In this document: in pieces, positions 38,691 through 47,026 of the stretch | Position numbering within the stretch: the stretch's first letter is position 1 | Layout: every line of letters starts with the position of its first letter | DNA from: Myxococcota bacterium | Lineage (GTDB): Bacteria > Myxococcota_A > UBA9160 > JAFDDA01 | Direction: 5' to 3' | Assembly: GCA_965228475.1 (NCBI GenBank) | Contig: OZ245817.1 | Span: 3,232,001-3,296,000, forward strand | Length of the DNA stretch: 64,000 bases | Position numbers and translations under genes: made by a program | The notes under the pieces: generated by a model | The model's database searches: none | What the model saw: the letters and a program-made list of their open reading frames with translations, nothing else | What the model was told of the DNA's origin: nothing

Positions 38691-39770
38691 CTAGGAGAGC
38701 GGCATCTGGAACCCCGTCTCCGGCAGCGTCTGCCGCTGCTTGCCCCAGAGCATCCCCAGGTCCCGGTACTTCTGCTCCGTCCGCTCCGTGACCAGCCCGA
38801 GGTTGCGCAGGTTCGGCATGACGGTGTGCATGTACATCAGGCTGTTCAGCTCGGCGAAGTTCGGCATCGACGTCGTCGCCATCACGATGTTCTTCGGGTC
38901 GATGTCGTACTTCGGACCGAGCAGCTGGAGCATGTCGAGCTGCTGGTTCGCGTTCAGCGCCTCGAGAATGCTGAAGGCGAAGTCCTCCATCTCTTCCATC
39001 TGCTCGGGCTCGGCTTCGCGCACGACGCGCCGCATGGTCAGCACGCCGAAGGCCGCGTGGCGCGCCTCGTCCTGCTCGACGCGGCGGAGCATGTCGCTGA
39101 AGAGCGGGTTCGCCGACTCCTGTCGCATGAAGTCGAAGATGCCGACCGCGACGCCCTCGAACAGGCACTGCATGCCGAGCGTCTTGGTCTGGGCGGAATC
39201 GGCCGCGAGCAGCGAATCGAGCAGCACCTTCAGCGTGGGCCCGATCGGGTAGATCGTCCCCATCTTGCGATGCTGGAACTTCGAGAGCGCTTCGATGTGG
39301 CGCGCCTCGTCGGCCACCTGGCTCGCCGCGTACCACTTCTCGTCCATCTTCTCGCACACGTTCGTGAGCTGACCGCAGAGCTGGAGCGCGGCCTGCTCGC
39401 CGTGCAGGAGCTGGGAGAGCGTGTAGTTCAGCTCGTCGAAGGCCGCGGCCTTCTGGGTCGCCTCGTCCTTGCCCATCATCTTGCAGATCTGGGCGAGCAT
39501 CGAGCCCTCGGGCTTCAGGACCCAATCGTCCTTGCTGACCGGGATCGACCAGTCGAGGTCGCTCTCGGCGTTCCACTGGTTGACCTTGCCCTTCTCGTAG
39601 AGGCGGCGCAGCTCCTCGACCTCGCTGCCGTACTCCCACGTCCAGTGGAGCTCGACCGGCGCGTCGACGTCCGTCTGGTTGCGCAGGGCTTGGATGCGGT
39701 CTTCATCGACGAACTCGATGACTTCGAAGTTGCCGAACTTCTGACGCTGCTCTTCCAGGATCTTCTTCAT
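38691..39770 (-). CDS. Ferritin-like diiron protein (AurF-like oxygenase)
   Basis: HGEQAA, DEARH, FEG and a second DEARH give the paired E/ExxH ligands. Confidence 0.8.
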   Translation of the reverse strand: MKKILEEQRQKFGNFEVIEFVDEDRIQALRNQTDVDAPVELHWTWEYGSEVEELRRLYEKGKVNQWNAESDLDWSIPVSKDDWVLKPEGSMLAQICKMMGKDEATQKAAAFDELNYTLSQLLHGEQAALQLCGQLTNVCEKMDEKWYAASQVADEARHIEALSKFQHRKMGTIYPIGPTLKVLLDSLLAADSAQTKTLGMQCLFEGVAVGIFDFMRQESANPLFSDMLRRVEQDEARHAAFGVLTMRRVVREAEPEQMEEMEDFAFSILEALNANQQLDMLQLLGPKYDIDPKNIVMATTSMPNFAELNSLMYMHTVMPNLRNLGLVTERTEQKYRDLGMLWGKQRQTLPETGFQMPLS

Positions 39771-40423
39771 GACGTTCCTTCTCCATGGGCGGCTTCGGGG
39801 TGCAACCCCGCACGCAAGAGTTGCTTGACTTCGTCGCGGCGCGCGCGCACCGCCTCCGCGGAAAGCAGCGGGCGGCCGAGCACGCCTTCGCCGAGATCCC
39901 CGGACGCGAAGTGGTAGACGGTCGCGCCGATCAAAGTCTGGATCGTGTGGCCGACGGAGACGGAACGAAGCTCCCCGTTCTCGACGCCGGCGCGGATCAA
40001 GTTCGAGATGCCGCCGAGGGCCGAGAGCAGCGCGCGTTCCGCCTGCTGGGCCTCCGGCAGGTCGTCCGCCTCGGGCGGGAGGCTCTCGTCTTCGACCAGG
40101 GCGCGCAGCAGGAGTCGGGCCGAGGGCGGATGCTCGGCGAGGCCGTCGATCAGGCCGTCGACCCAGCGGTCGAGCCGCTCGGGAACGGTGCCGGCGGAGT
40201 CGAGGGCCGGCTGCAGGTGGCCCTGGATCCGCGCCATCACGCGCTGCAGGACCTCGCAGTAGAGCTGGACCTTGCCCGGGAAGTGATGGAAGAGGGAGGA
40301 CTTCGAGAGCCCGGCCGACTGGGCGACCTCGCGCAGGCCCACCCCCGCGTAGCCGCGCCGGGCGAACAGCGCTTCGCCGACGTCGAGCAGCTTCTCGCGG
40401 GTGCTCTGGGGTTCTTGGCTCAA
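39767..40423 (-). CDS. TetR/AcrR transcriptional regulator
   Basis: LFARRGY..LREVA..AGLSKSSLFHHFPGK; ATGA coupling to the diiron gene. Confidence 0.92.
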   Translation of the reverse strand: MSQEPQSTREKLLDVGEALFARRGYAGVGLREVAQSAGLSKSSLFHHFPGKVQLYCEVLQRVMARIQGHLQPALDSAGTVPERLDRWVDGLIDGLAEHPPSARLLLRALVEDESLPPEADDLPEAQQAERALLSALGGISNLIRAGVENGELRSVSVGHTIQTLIGATVYHFASGDLGEGVLGRPLLSAEAVRARRDEVKQLLRAGLHPEAAHGEGTS

Positions 40424-40442
40424 CCGGGCCTCCGACGGGACT

Positions 40443-40487
40443 CGACCGATCGGTCGGGACGATACCGACCGATCGGTCGGACGTCAA
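40443..40487 (-). promoter_or_regulatory. sigma70 promoter of tetR with two palindromic operators
   Basis: -35 TTGACG (40487-40482), 17 nt, -10 TATCGT (40464-40459). Palindromes CCGACCGATCGGTCGG (40465-40480) and CGACCGATCGGTCG (40443-40456). Confidence 0.8.
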
Positions 40488-40556
40488 GCCCGGGATGCTA
40501 TACTTAACGAACCCAACCGACCGGGAGTGATGGAAGTGCCTGATTCTTCGGCAGAA

Positions 40557-40706
40557 CTACCGACCGCGCTTGAGAGTGCCCTTTCCAGCGGTCTTGGAGG
40601 CCGGTTTCGTGGCGAGGAGCTTCCGGGCGACCTTCTCGAAGGGGATCGGGTCGCGTTGGGGCTCGTCGGCCTTCTCTTCCGGCTTGGGCTCGTCCGGCTT
40701 CGCCAT
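40557..40706 (-). CDS. 49-aa charged peptide inside the IS (MAKPDEPKPEEK...FEKVARKLLATKP)
   Basis: Manual translation from ATG to TAG; same strand as the transposase; below the ORF-track cutoff. Confidence 0.4.
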   Translation of the reverse strand: MAKPDEPKPEEKADEPQRDPIPFEKVARKLLATKPASKTAGKGTLKRGR

Positions 40707-40821
40707 GAGCCGGAGGGTAGCGAAGTCGTCACTGAGGCGATGGTGATGGCCGCCTACAGGGTCTTCTATGACGAGTGGGATTCGCTGGATCAGTACTTCA
40801 GTTGCGGCTACCGGGAAGGCT

Positions 40822-41331
40822 TCACTCAGATCTACTTGGCAATGCTTGGCGCAAGTCCTGAACGAATGCGCTCACCTCGTTCGTCAGAATCTCCGCCTCC
40901 CGTGCGAGCGCATAGAGCCCGTCCCGATCCGGCTCCTTGATGGCCGGCGCACCCTTCGACCGCGGCTTCCATGCCTTGAGCACCCCCGTGTCTTCATCGT
41001 GTTCCCAGAGGGAGTGGACGTAGTGGTTTCTCTCTTCAGAGACGTCGCGAATCCTCTGCTCAAGCTCGCTCCAGAGGACACGCCACTTGTCCCCTGGCTC
41101 TGTTCGGTTCTCCACCAAGCCCGCCATGATGTCGATCTTCGTTCGGAAGTTGAGGCGCGCAGTGAGCGCGAACGAGTCCTGATACGAGCCCAGCAGGATC
41201 GCAATCGACCATCCGACCCACGCGTCCAATTCCTGCGTCGAGATCGTCAGTGCGCCGAAGGCAGCAAGGTCTCGCGGCTCGAAGGTGTACCCGGTGAACG
41301 ACTTCCAGCGATCCTCGGCGTCGTCTTCCAC
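40822..41331 (-). CDS. IS passenger protein with HEPN-like RxxxxH motif
   Basis: Helical 169-aa protein with RNHYVH at 41031-41014; starts 7 nt after the transposase stop. Confidence 0.55.
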   Translation of the reverse strand: MEDDAEDRWKSFTGYTFEPRDLAAFGALTISTQELDAWVGWSIAILLGSYQDSFALTARLNFRTKIDIMAGLVENRTEPGDKWRVLWSELEQRIRDVSEERNHYVHSLWEHDEDTGVLKAWKPRSKGAPAIKEPDRDGLYALAREAEILTNEVSAFVQDLRQALPSRSE

Positions 41332-41338
41332 GAGCTAC

Positions 41339-42313
41339 CTAGGCGGCCGAGTTCGCACGAGATTGCCGATACTGGAGCCGCTTGCCCTCGATGCCTCGCA
41401 GGGCTTCGTCGGCCCGCTCCCCGTCGGTGAGATCGCGGTGGTTGTAGCGGAAGTCGTACTCGCCGACGTAGCGCTTCAAGTGCTGGCGGCTGACATGCTG
41501 ATAGATCCCGTTGAGCCCGCGCTTGAGGATCGAGAAGTAGCCCTCGACGGTGTTCGTGTAGACCTCGCCGCGGACGTACTCGCCCATCGAGTGGTTCACC
41601 TTCTCGTGGCCGCCCATTTCGCGGCCGATCGCCGTGTAGTACGCGGCCTCGTCGGTCATGATCGTCGTGGCCGGGTGAAGCTGGCGGCGGATCTCTTCCT
41701 TCACGATCTGCGCCGTCACGTTCGGGACGTGGACGGAGCGCAGGCGCCCACCACGCTCGACGAGCGTGATGATCTTCTTCTTGTCCTGGCCGTAGCTGCC
41801 CCACCGCTTGCGGTTCTTTGTCTCGCCTTCGCGGAGCTTGCGCTTGCTCGCAGGCGCGCGGTGGGGGCGGCGTCGCTTGCCGCCGATGTAGACCTCATCG
41901 ACCTCGACGACCTTGCCCGGGCCGCCCATCGGATCGCCGCCCTCGTCCCGCATCGCCTCCCGGATGCGGTGGGCCATGAACCAAGCCGTCTTGTAGGTGA
42001 CGCCGAGCGTGCGGTGGAGCTGGTGGCTGCTGATCCCCTTCTTCGAGGAGCAGAGCAGGTACGCGGCGAGCAGCCACTTGTCGAGGCCGACCTTGGACCG
42101 CTCGAAGACCGTTCCCACGGTCACGCTGTACTGCTTGCGGCAGCCCGCGCACTTGTAGAGGCCGGGCCGGTGGGCCTTGCCCTTCAGCTCGTAGGCGCCG
42201 TCGGCGCTGCCACAGTGCGGGCAGACCGGGCCGTTCGGCCAGCGGAGGGATTCGAGATATTCCCGAGCCTTTTCGGGGTCATGGAAGTGAGGGGCCTGGA
42301 TTTCGCTGCTCAT
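41339..42313 (-). CDS. IS1595-family DDE transposase
   Basis: RWP..CPHC..CAGC zinc ribbon, KTAWFM.HRIREAM, VEVDEVY, MTDE, TNTVEGYF, EYDFRYN. Confidence 0.95.
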   Translation of the reverse strand: MSSEIQAPHFHDPEKAREYLESLRWPNGPVCPHCGSADGAYELKGKAHRPGLYKCAGCRKQYSVTVGTVFERSKVGLDKWLLAAYLLCSSKKGISSHQLHRTLGVTYKTAWFMAHRIREAMRDEGGDPMGGPGKVVEVDEVYIGGKRRRPHRAPASKRKLREGETKNRKRWGSYGQDKKKIITLVERGGRLRSVHVPNVTAQIVKEEIRRQLHPATTIMTDEAAYYTAIGREMGGHEKVNHSMGEYVRGEVYTNTVEGYFSILKRGLNGIYQHVSRQHLKRYVGEYDFRYNHRDLTDGERADEALRGIEGKRLQYRQSRANSAA

Positions 42314-42319
42314 GGCCCC

Positions 42320-42348
42320 ATTGTCCCTCGACGGGGTGGGTTCGTCAA
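42320..42348 (-). promoter_or_regulatory. Transposase promoter with -35 inside the TIR; probably leaderless mRNA
   Basis: TTGACG (42348-42343), 17 nt, GACAAT (42325-42320), 6 nt, ATG. Confidence 0.55.
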
Positions 42349-42419
42349 GTATACAGTCGTCGTCAAGCCGGGCTGAGGCCCGCGAGCTGCCCCGCGGGGC
42401 GTGGATGTTCCGGGGCCGG

Positions 42420-43901
42420 CTAGGGCTGAACGACCTCGATCGGGCCGAGACCTGCCAGGGCCTCCTGGAGGGCCTCGGCGGGCCCGACCGCCACGATGGC
42501 GGCCCGCCCCGGCGCCAGGCGGGTCTTCGCCGCCCGGGCCGCGTCCTCGGAGGTCACGGCGGCCACCCGGGCGCGGTAGGTGTCGAGCCCGTCCCGAGGC
42601 AGCCCGTAGAGGTCGAGATCGACCAGGGAGCCGAGGATCGCCGTCGAGGTCTCGAGGCCGAGGGCGAAGCCGCCGGCCGCGTAGGTCTTGGCGTGGGCGA
42701 GCTCCTCGGCGGTCGGGGGATTCGTCTGGATGCCTTCGAGCTCGGCGAGGATGAAGTCGATGGTCCGCCGCGCCTGGGCCACGCGCGTCGCCGTCCCCAC
42801 CTGGAACGGCCCGGGCGCGCGGCGCAGGGAGAAGCCGGAGCGGACGCCGTAGGCCAGGCCCTCGCGCTCGCGGATCACCGTCATCAGGCGTGAGGAGAAG
42901 CCGCCGGCGCCGAGGGTGCTGTTCATCAGGGCGATCCCGATGCGCTCCGGGTCCTCGCGGCGCATGCCGTCGTGGCCCACGCGGATCTGGACCTGCCCGA
43001 GATCCGGCCGGTCGACGATGACGACCTTGCGCGCCGCCGGCGCGGGCGAGGCCGGGAGCGGCCCGGGCGCGGGAACCGGCCCCGTGGCCCAATCGCCGAA
43101 GGCCGCCTTCGCGCGCTCGACGAAATCCTTCGGGTCGACGTCGCCCGCGGCGTAGAGGATCGCGTTCGCGGGAACGAACACCCGGGCGTGGAAGGCGCGG
43201 GCCTTCTCCGCGTCCAGGGTCGCGACGCTCTCGGGCGTGCCGGACAGCGGCAGCCCGAAGCGATGCTCGCCGTAGAGAGCCTTCGCGAAGTTCCACGAGG
43301 CGAGCGTCGCCGGTTGATCCTTCGCGCGCTCGAGGGCGGCGAGCGTCTGACTCCGGAGCTTCTCGGCTTCGTCCGGTGCGAGGTTCGGGCGGAGGACGAG
43401 GTCCGCCAGCACGCCGAACAGCGCGTCGAGATCCCGGGAGAGGCCGGAGACGCTGGCTTCGACCGAATCCCACCCCGCGCCGACTCCGAAGGAAGCGCCG
43501 AGGCCATCGACCGCCTTGGCCAGGGCGAGGGCGTCGCGGCCTCCCGCGCCGCGCTCCATCAAGGAGGCGAGGAAGCTCGCGGTCCCCGCCTCGGACGGCG
43601 GCTCGACCGCCCCACCCCGCCGCACCGCCAGCCCGAGGTCCACCTGCGGCAGCCCGTGGTCTTCGTAGACCATGACGCGCAGGCCGTTCTCGAGCGTCGA
43701 GACGTGCAGGCGCTCGCCGTCGACGATGGGGCCGGTCTCGATCTCGGGCTTCGGATCCTTCCAGCTCTGGTAGGGCTCCGGGGCAGGAGCCGACGCCATC
43801 GGCGAGGGAACGGGCGGCATCCCGGAACCGCCGACGTCGTCGGCGACGAGGGCGGGAGCGAAACCCAGGAGGCCCGCGGCGACGATCGCGCGCAGCATCA
43901 T
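42420..43901 (-). CDS. M16 (pitrilysin) family protein, non-catalytic subunit
   Basis: LENGL, no HxxEH, GFSSRL..IREREGLAY. Confidence 0.85.
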   Translation of the reverse strand: MMLRAIVAAGLLGFAPALVADDVGGSGMPPVPSPMASAPAPEPYQSWKDPKPEIETGPIVDGERLHVSTLENGLRVMVYEDHGLPQVDLGLAVRRGGAVEPPSEAGTASFLASLMERGAGGRDALALAKAVDGLGASFGVGAGWDSVEASVSGLSRDLDALFGVLADLVLRPNLAPDEAEKLRSQTLAALERAKDQPATLASWNFAKALYGEHRFGLPLSGTPESVATLDAEKARAFHARVFVPANAILYAAGDVDPKDFVERAKAAFGDWATGPVPAPGPLPASPAPAARKVVIVDRPDLGQVQIRVGHDGMRREDPERIGIALMNSTLGAGGFSSRLMTVIREREGLAYGVRSGFSLRRAPGPFQVGTATRVAQARRTIDFILAELEGIQTNPPTAEELAHAKTYAAGGFALGLETSTAILGSLVDLDLYGLPRDGLDTYRARVAAVTSEDAARAAKTRLAPGRAAIVAVGPAEALQEALAGLGPIEVVQP

Positions 43902-45310
43902 TTCGAGCCTCCTTCCGCCGGCGCCTCGGGCGCCGCGGCTTCTGCGGATTCCTCGGCGGCCGGTGCCTCCGCGGGTTCCTCGGCGGGCGGGGGCACCACG
44001 TGCACCACCGTGCGTTTCTCCGGAACGAGGTAGGTCTGGATCACGCGCTGGACGTCTTCCCCGGTCACGGCCTGGAACTGGGCCAGGAGCTCCGGCAGCG
44101 GACGGATGCGGCCGAAGGTCACCCAGTCGCGGCCGATCCGGGAAGCCAGGGAGTGGGCGGTCTCGAGCCCGCCGATGAAGGCGACCTCGATCTTGCGCTT
44201 GGCCTTGTCGAGTTCCTCGGCGGTCGGCGGCTCGCTGCCGAGCTTCGCGAGCTCCTCGAAGAACATCGCCTCGACCTCGTCGATCGAACCGCCCGGGCGC
44301 ACGCTCGCGAAGGCGTAGAAGACCCCGGCGTCCTTGAGTTCCCACCAGGCGCCGCTGGCCGAGAGCGCCTTTTCCTCTTCGTAGACGAGGCGGCGGTAGA
44401 GGCGGCTCGAACGGCCCGAAGAGAGGATCTCCGCGGCGACGTCGAGGGCCGGCCCGTCCGGGTGCCCGCTCGGCGGCGCGTGGAAGGCCGCGGCGAGGAT
44501 CGGCGCGCGCACGTCGAAGTGCACCGTGGCCCGGCGCTCGCCCTTCTGCTCGGGCTCCGTCGTCGGGTTGCGCGGGATCGTGGCCGCCGGCTCGAGCTTC
44601 GCGAAGGCGCCGCGGATGCGCGCGAGCGTGGCTTCGAGCGGGAAGTTCCCGGCCACGGCGAGCACCAGGTTGTTCGGCGCGTAGTAGGCGTCGAAGAACT
44701 CCTGGCAGGCCTCCACCGTCACCTGCTCGACGTCGCTGCGCCAGCCGATCACGGGCCAGCGGTAAGGGTGCGCGTGGAAGGCCGTCGCGAGCAACGCCTC
44801 GAAGGCGCGGCCCTGGGGCGAGTCCTCGGTGCGCATGCGGCGCTCTTCGAGCACGACCTCGCGCTCGCTCGTGAGCATCTCTTCGGTGACGACGAGGTTC
44901 GCGAAGCGCTCCGCCTCGAGGTCGATCACGAGCGGCAGGGCATCCGGCGTGACGTCCTCGAAGTAGACCGTGACGTCCTTGCTGGTGAAGGCGTTGATGC
45001 GGCCGCCGCGCTCCTCGACGTACTGCGCGTGCTCCTCGGGCGCGATGTTCTTCGAGCCCTTGAACATCATGTGCTCGAAGAGGTGGGCGATGCCCGTGTA
45101 GCGGCTCTCGTCGCGGGCGCCGGCCTTGACCCAGATCTGGAGCGAGACGACGGGCGTGCTCGGGTCCGGCAGGGCCAGCACGGTGAGGCCGTTCTCGAGC
45201 ACCTCGACGTGGGTGCCGAGGGCGACGTCTTCGATCTCGGCCGTGGCGGCCGGAGCGAAGGAGATGACGAGAAAGAGAAGGAACAGCGAACGACGGGCCG
45301 TTTCGAGCAT
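43898..45310 (-). CDS. M16 (pitrilysin) family zinc peptidase, catalytic subunit
   Basis: Signal peptide, GIAHLFEHMMFKGS, NAFTS, EERRMR, HPY.WPVIGW. Confidence 0.92.
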   Translation of the reverse strand: MLETARRSLFLLFLVISFAPAATAEIEDVALGTHVEVLENGLTVLALPDPSTPVVSLQIWVKAGARDESRYTGIAHLFEHMMFKGSKNIAPEEHAQYVEERGGRINAFTSKDVTVYFEDVTPDALPLVIDLEAERFANLVVTEEMLTSEREVVLEERRMRTEDSPQGRAFEALLATAFHAHPYRWPVIGWRSDVEQVTVEACQEFFDAYYAPNNLVLAVAGNFPLEATLARIRGAFAKLEPAATIPRNPTTEPEQKGERRATVHFDVRAPILAAAFHAPPSGHPDGPALDVAAEILSSGRSSRLYRRLVYEEEKALSASGAWWELKDAGVFYAFASVRPGGSIDEVEAMFFEELAKLGSEPPTAEELDKAKRKIEVAFIGGLETAHSLASRIGRDWVTFGRIRPLPELLAQFQAVTGEDVQRVIQTYLVPEKRTVVHVVPPPAEEPAEAPAAEESAEAAAPEAPAEGGSK

Positions 45311-45361
45311 GGCGGCGTAACGTATCCGCCGGCCCCGGGTCTGTCGAGCGAAGGAGAGGTC

Positions 45362-45781
45362 TTGGAAGACGATGCCTTGCGCGAGCTGTTCGCTGCGACG
45401 AAGACGATCGCGGTGCTCGGCATCAAAGCCGACCCGGCGGAAGACGCCTTCCGCGTCGCGGACTATCTGGCTCGAACCGGCCATCGGATCCTCCCGGTGA
45501 ATCCCAAGCTCGACACCGTGCTCGGCCAGCCCTGCGTGCCGGACCTGGCCGCCCTCGCCGAACCGGCGGACCTCGTCGACGTCTTCCGTGCGCCCGCCCA
45601 CCTGCCGGGGCACGTCGACGAGATCCTCGAGCTAGCGACCCCGCCGCGCGCGGTCTGGTTCCAGCTCGGGATCCGGGACGACGCCTCGGCGGAACGCCTG
45701 CGCGCCGCGGGCATCGACGTCGTCCAGGACCGCTGTCTGATGGTCGAACACCGCCGGCTGCTCGGAGCGCCCTCCCAGTGA
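45362..45781 (+). CDS. CoA-binding protein (YccU-like)
   Basis: IAVLG, PVNP, VDVFR, VWFQLGI, VVQDRC; AAGGAG then TTG. Confidence 0.88.
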   Translation: MEDDALRELFAATKTIAVLGIKADPAEDAFRVADYLARTGHRILPVNPKLDTVLGQPCVPDLAALAEPADLVDVFRAPAHLPGHVDEILELATPPRAVWFQLGIRDDASAERLRAAGIDVVQDRCLMVEHRRLLGAPSQ

Positions 45782-46155
45782 GCCGCAACGACCGCAGGGC
45801 GGCCGGGAACGACCGCACCGTCTACTCCTCCCACGCGGGCCGCGTCTGCCCCGGCTGCAACATGCCCACCGCCCAGTGCCAGTGTCGGCGCAAGCGCGAC
45901 GCCGCGCCGGCGGGCGACGGCGTCGTCCGCGTGCGCCGCGAGGTGAAGGGGCGCCGGGGGAAGCCGGTGACGACGATCTCGGGAGTCCCGCTCGGCGCGG
46001 ATGCGCTGCGGGACCTGGCCGGCGAGCTGAAGCGCCGCTGCGGGAGCGGCGGCTCCGCCAAGGACGGCGTGATCGAGATCCAGGGCGACCATCGGGAGAC
46101 CGTGATCCCGCTGCTCGAAGCCGAGGGCTACACGGTCAAGCGCGCCGGCGGCTGA
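45778..46155 (+). CDS. yciH: SUI1-family translation factor YciH
   Basis: KGRRGKPVT, LKRRCGSGGSAKDG.IEIQGDHR. Confidence 0.92.
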   Translation: MSRNDRRAAGNDRTVYSSHAGRVCPGCNMPTAQCQCRRKRDAAPAGDGVVRVRREVKGRRGKPVTTISGVPLGADALRDLAGELKRRCGSGGSAKDGVIEIQGDHRETVIPLLEAEGYTVKRAGG

Positions 46156-46162
46156 GCCCCGA

Positions 46163-46915
46163 TCAGTCCGCATCTCCGCGCGCGTCGCGCGACTCCCAGC
46201 GCTCGTGGCGCCGCTGCATCCAGCGCACGGCGAAGGTGTCGACGAGACCCACGAACAGGCGGTTCCCGATCCCGTACTTCGACTCGCCGTAGCGGCGCGG
46301 CCGGTGCGCCACGGGCATCTCGATCACCCGCGCGCCTTCGAGGCGCAGGAGCGTCGGCAGGAAGCGGTGCATGCCGCGGAACATCTTCACGCGCTTGGCG
46401 TGTTCGGCGCGCACCACGCGCAGGGCACAGCCGACGTCGGTGACCGTCTCCTCGGTCATCCAGTTGCGGAATCCGTTGGCGATCTTCGAGGACATGCGCC
46501 GGACCCAGTCGTCCTGGCGCTCGGCGCGGACGCCGTTCACGCAGTCGGCCTCGTCGAGGCGCGCCATCAGCTTCGGAATGTCGGCCGGATCGTTCTGGAG
46601 GTCCGCATCGAGGGTGGCGATGATCTCGCCGCGGGCCGCGTGGAAGCCCGCCTCGAAGGCCGCGGACTGGCCGTGGTTCGCCTCGAGGGCGACGGGCACG
46701 ACGCGCGGGTCCTTCGCGGAGAGCCGCCGCATCACGGCGAGGCTCGCGTCCCGGCTGCCGTCGTCCACCAACACGAACTCGACGCCGCCCTCGACGCCCG
46801 AGAGCGCCGCATCGAGCTCCCGGTGCAGGGGCTCGAGGGAATCCTCTTCGTTGTAGACGGGCACCACCACCGACAGCCGCGGCGGCGACGCTTCGCTTCT
46901 CGGGTCCAACGGCAT
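46163..46915 (-). CDS. GT2 polyprenyl-phosphate glycosyltransferase (ArnC/DPM-like)
   Basis: VVVPVYNEE, VDDGSRD, NHGQSAA, LDADLQNDP, HRFLP. Confidence 0.9.
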   Translation of the reverse strand: MPLDPRSEASPPRLSVVVPVYNEEDSLEPLHRELDAALSGVEGGVEFVLVDDGSRDASLAVMRRLSAKDPRVVPVALEANHGQSAAFEAGFHAARGEIIATLDADLQNDPADIPKLMARLDEADCVNGVRAERQDDWVRRMSSKIANGFRNWMTEETVTDVGCALRVVRAEHAKRVKMFRGMHRFLPTLLRLEGARVIEMPVAHRPRRYGESKYGIGNRLFVGLVDTFAVRWMQRRHERWESRDARGDAD

Positions 46916-47026
46916 TCCCCCTCGATCCACGGGCACGGCCCGACGGCGGAAGGTAACGTCCCGCCGCCCGCGCAGGCAGCCCCTGCGCGCCCGGAACCCC
47001 CGGAGCCGAACGAAGGAGCGAGCCTC

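Larger units (their letters stand above)
40491..42361 (-). mobile_element. IS1595-family insertion sequence with passenger ORFs
   Basis: Imperfect TIRs CGGGATGCTATACTTAACGAACCCA and (rc) GACGACTGTATACTTGACGAACCCA. The 8-bp TSD GTCAAGCC lies at 40483-40490 and 42362-42369. Confidence 0.9.

Noticed and set aside
40401..40940. Plus-strand ORF spanning the IS left end
   Set aside because: As listed it crosses the TIR and overlaps two minus-strand ORFs. A shorter form from ATG 40530 cannot be excluded but is unsupported.
42420..45310. Active plus inactive M16 peptidase pair as a novelty
   Set aside because: Heterodimeric M16B peptidases with one subunit lacking HxxEH are well known
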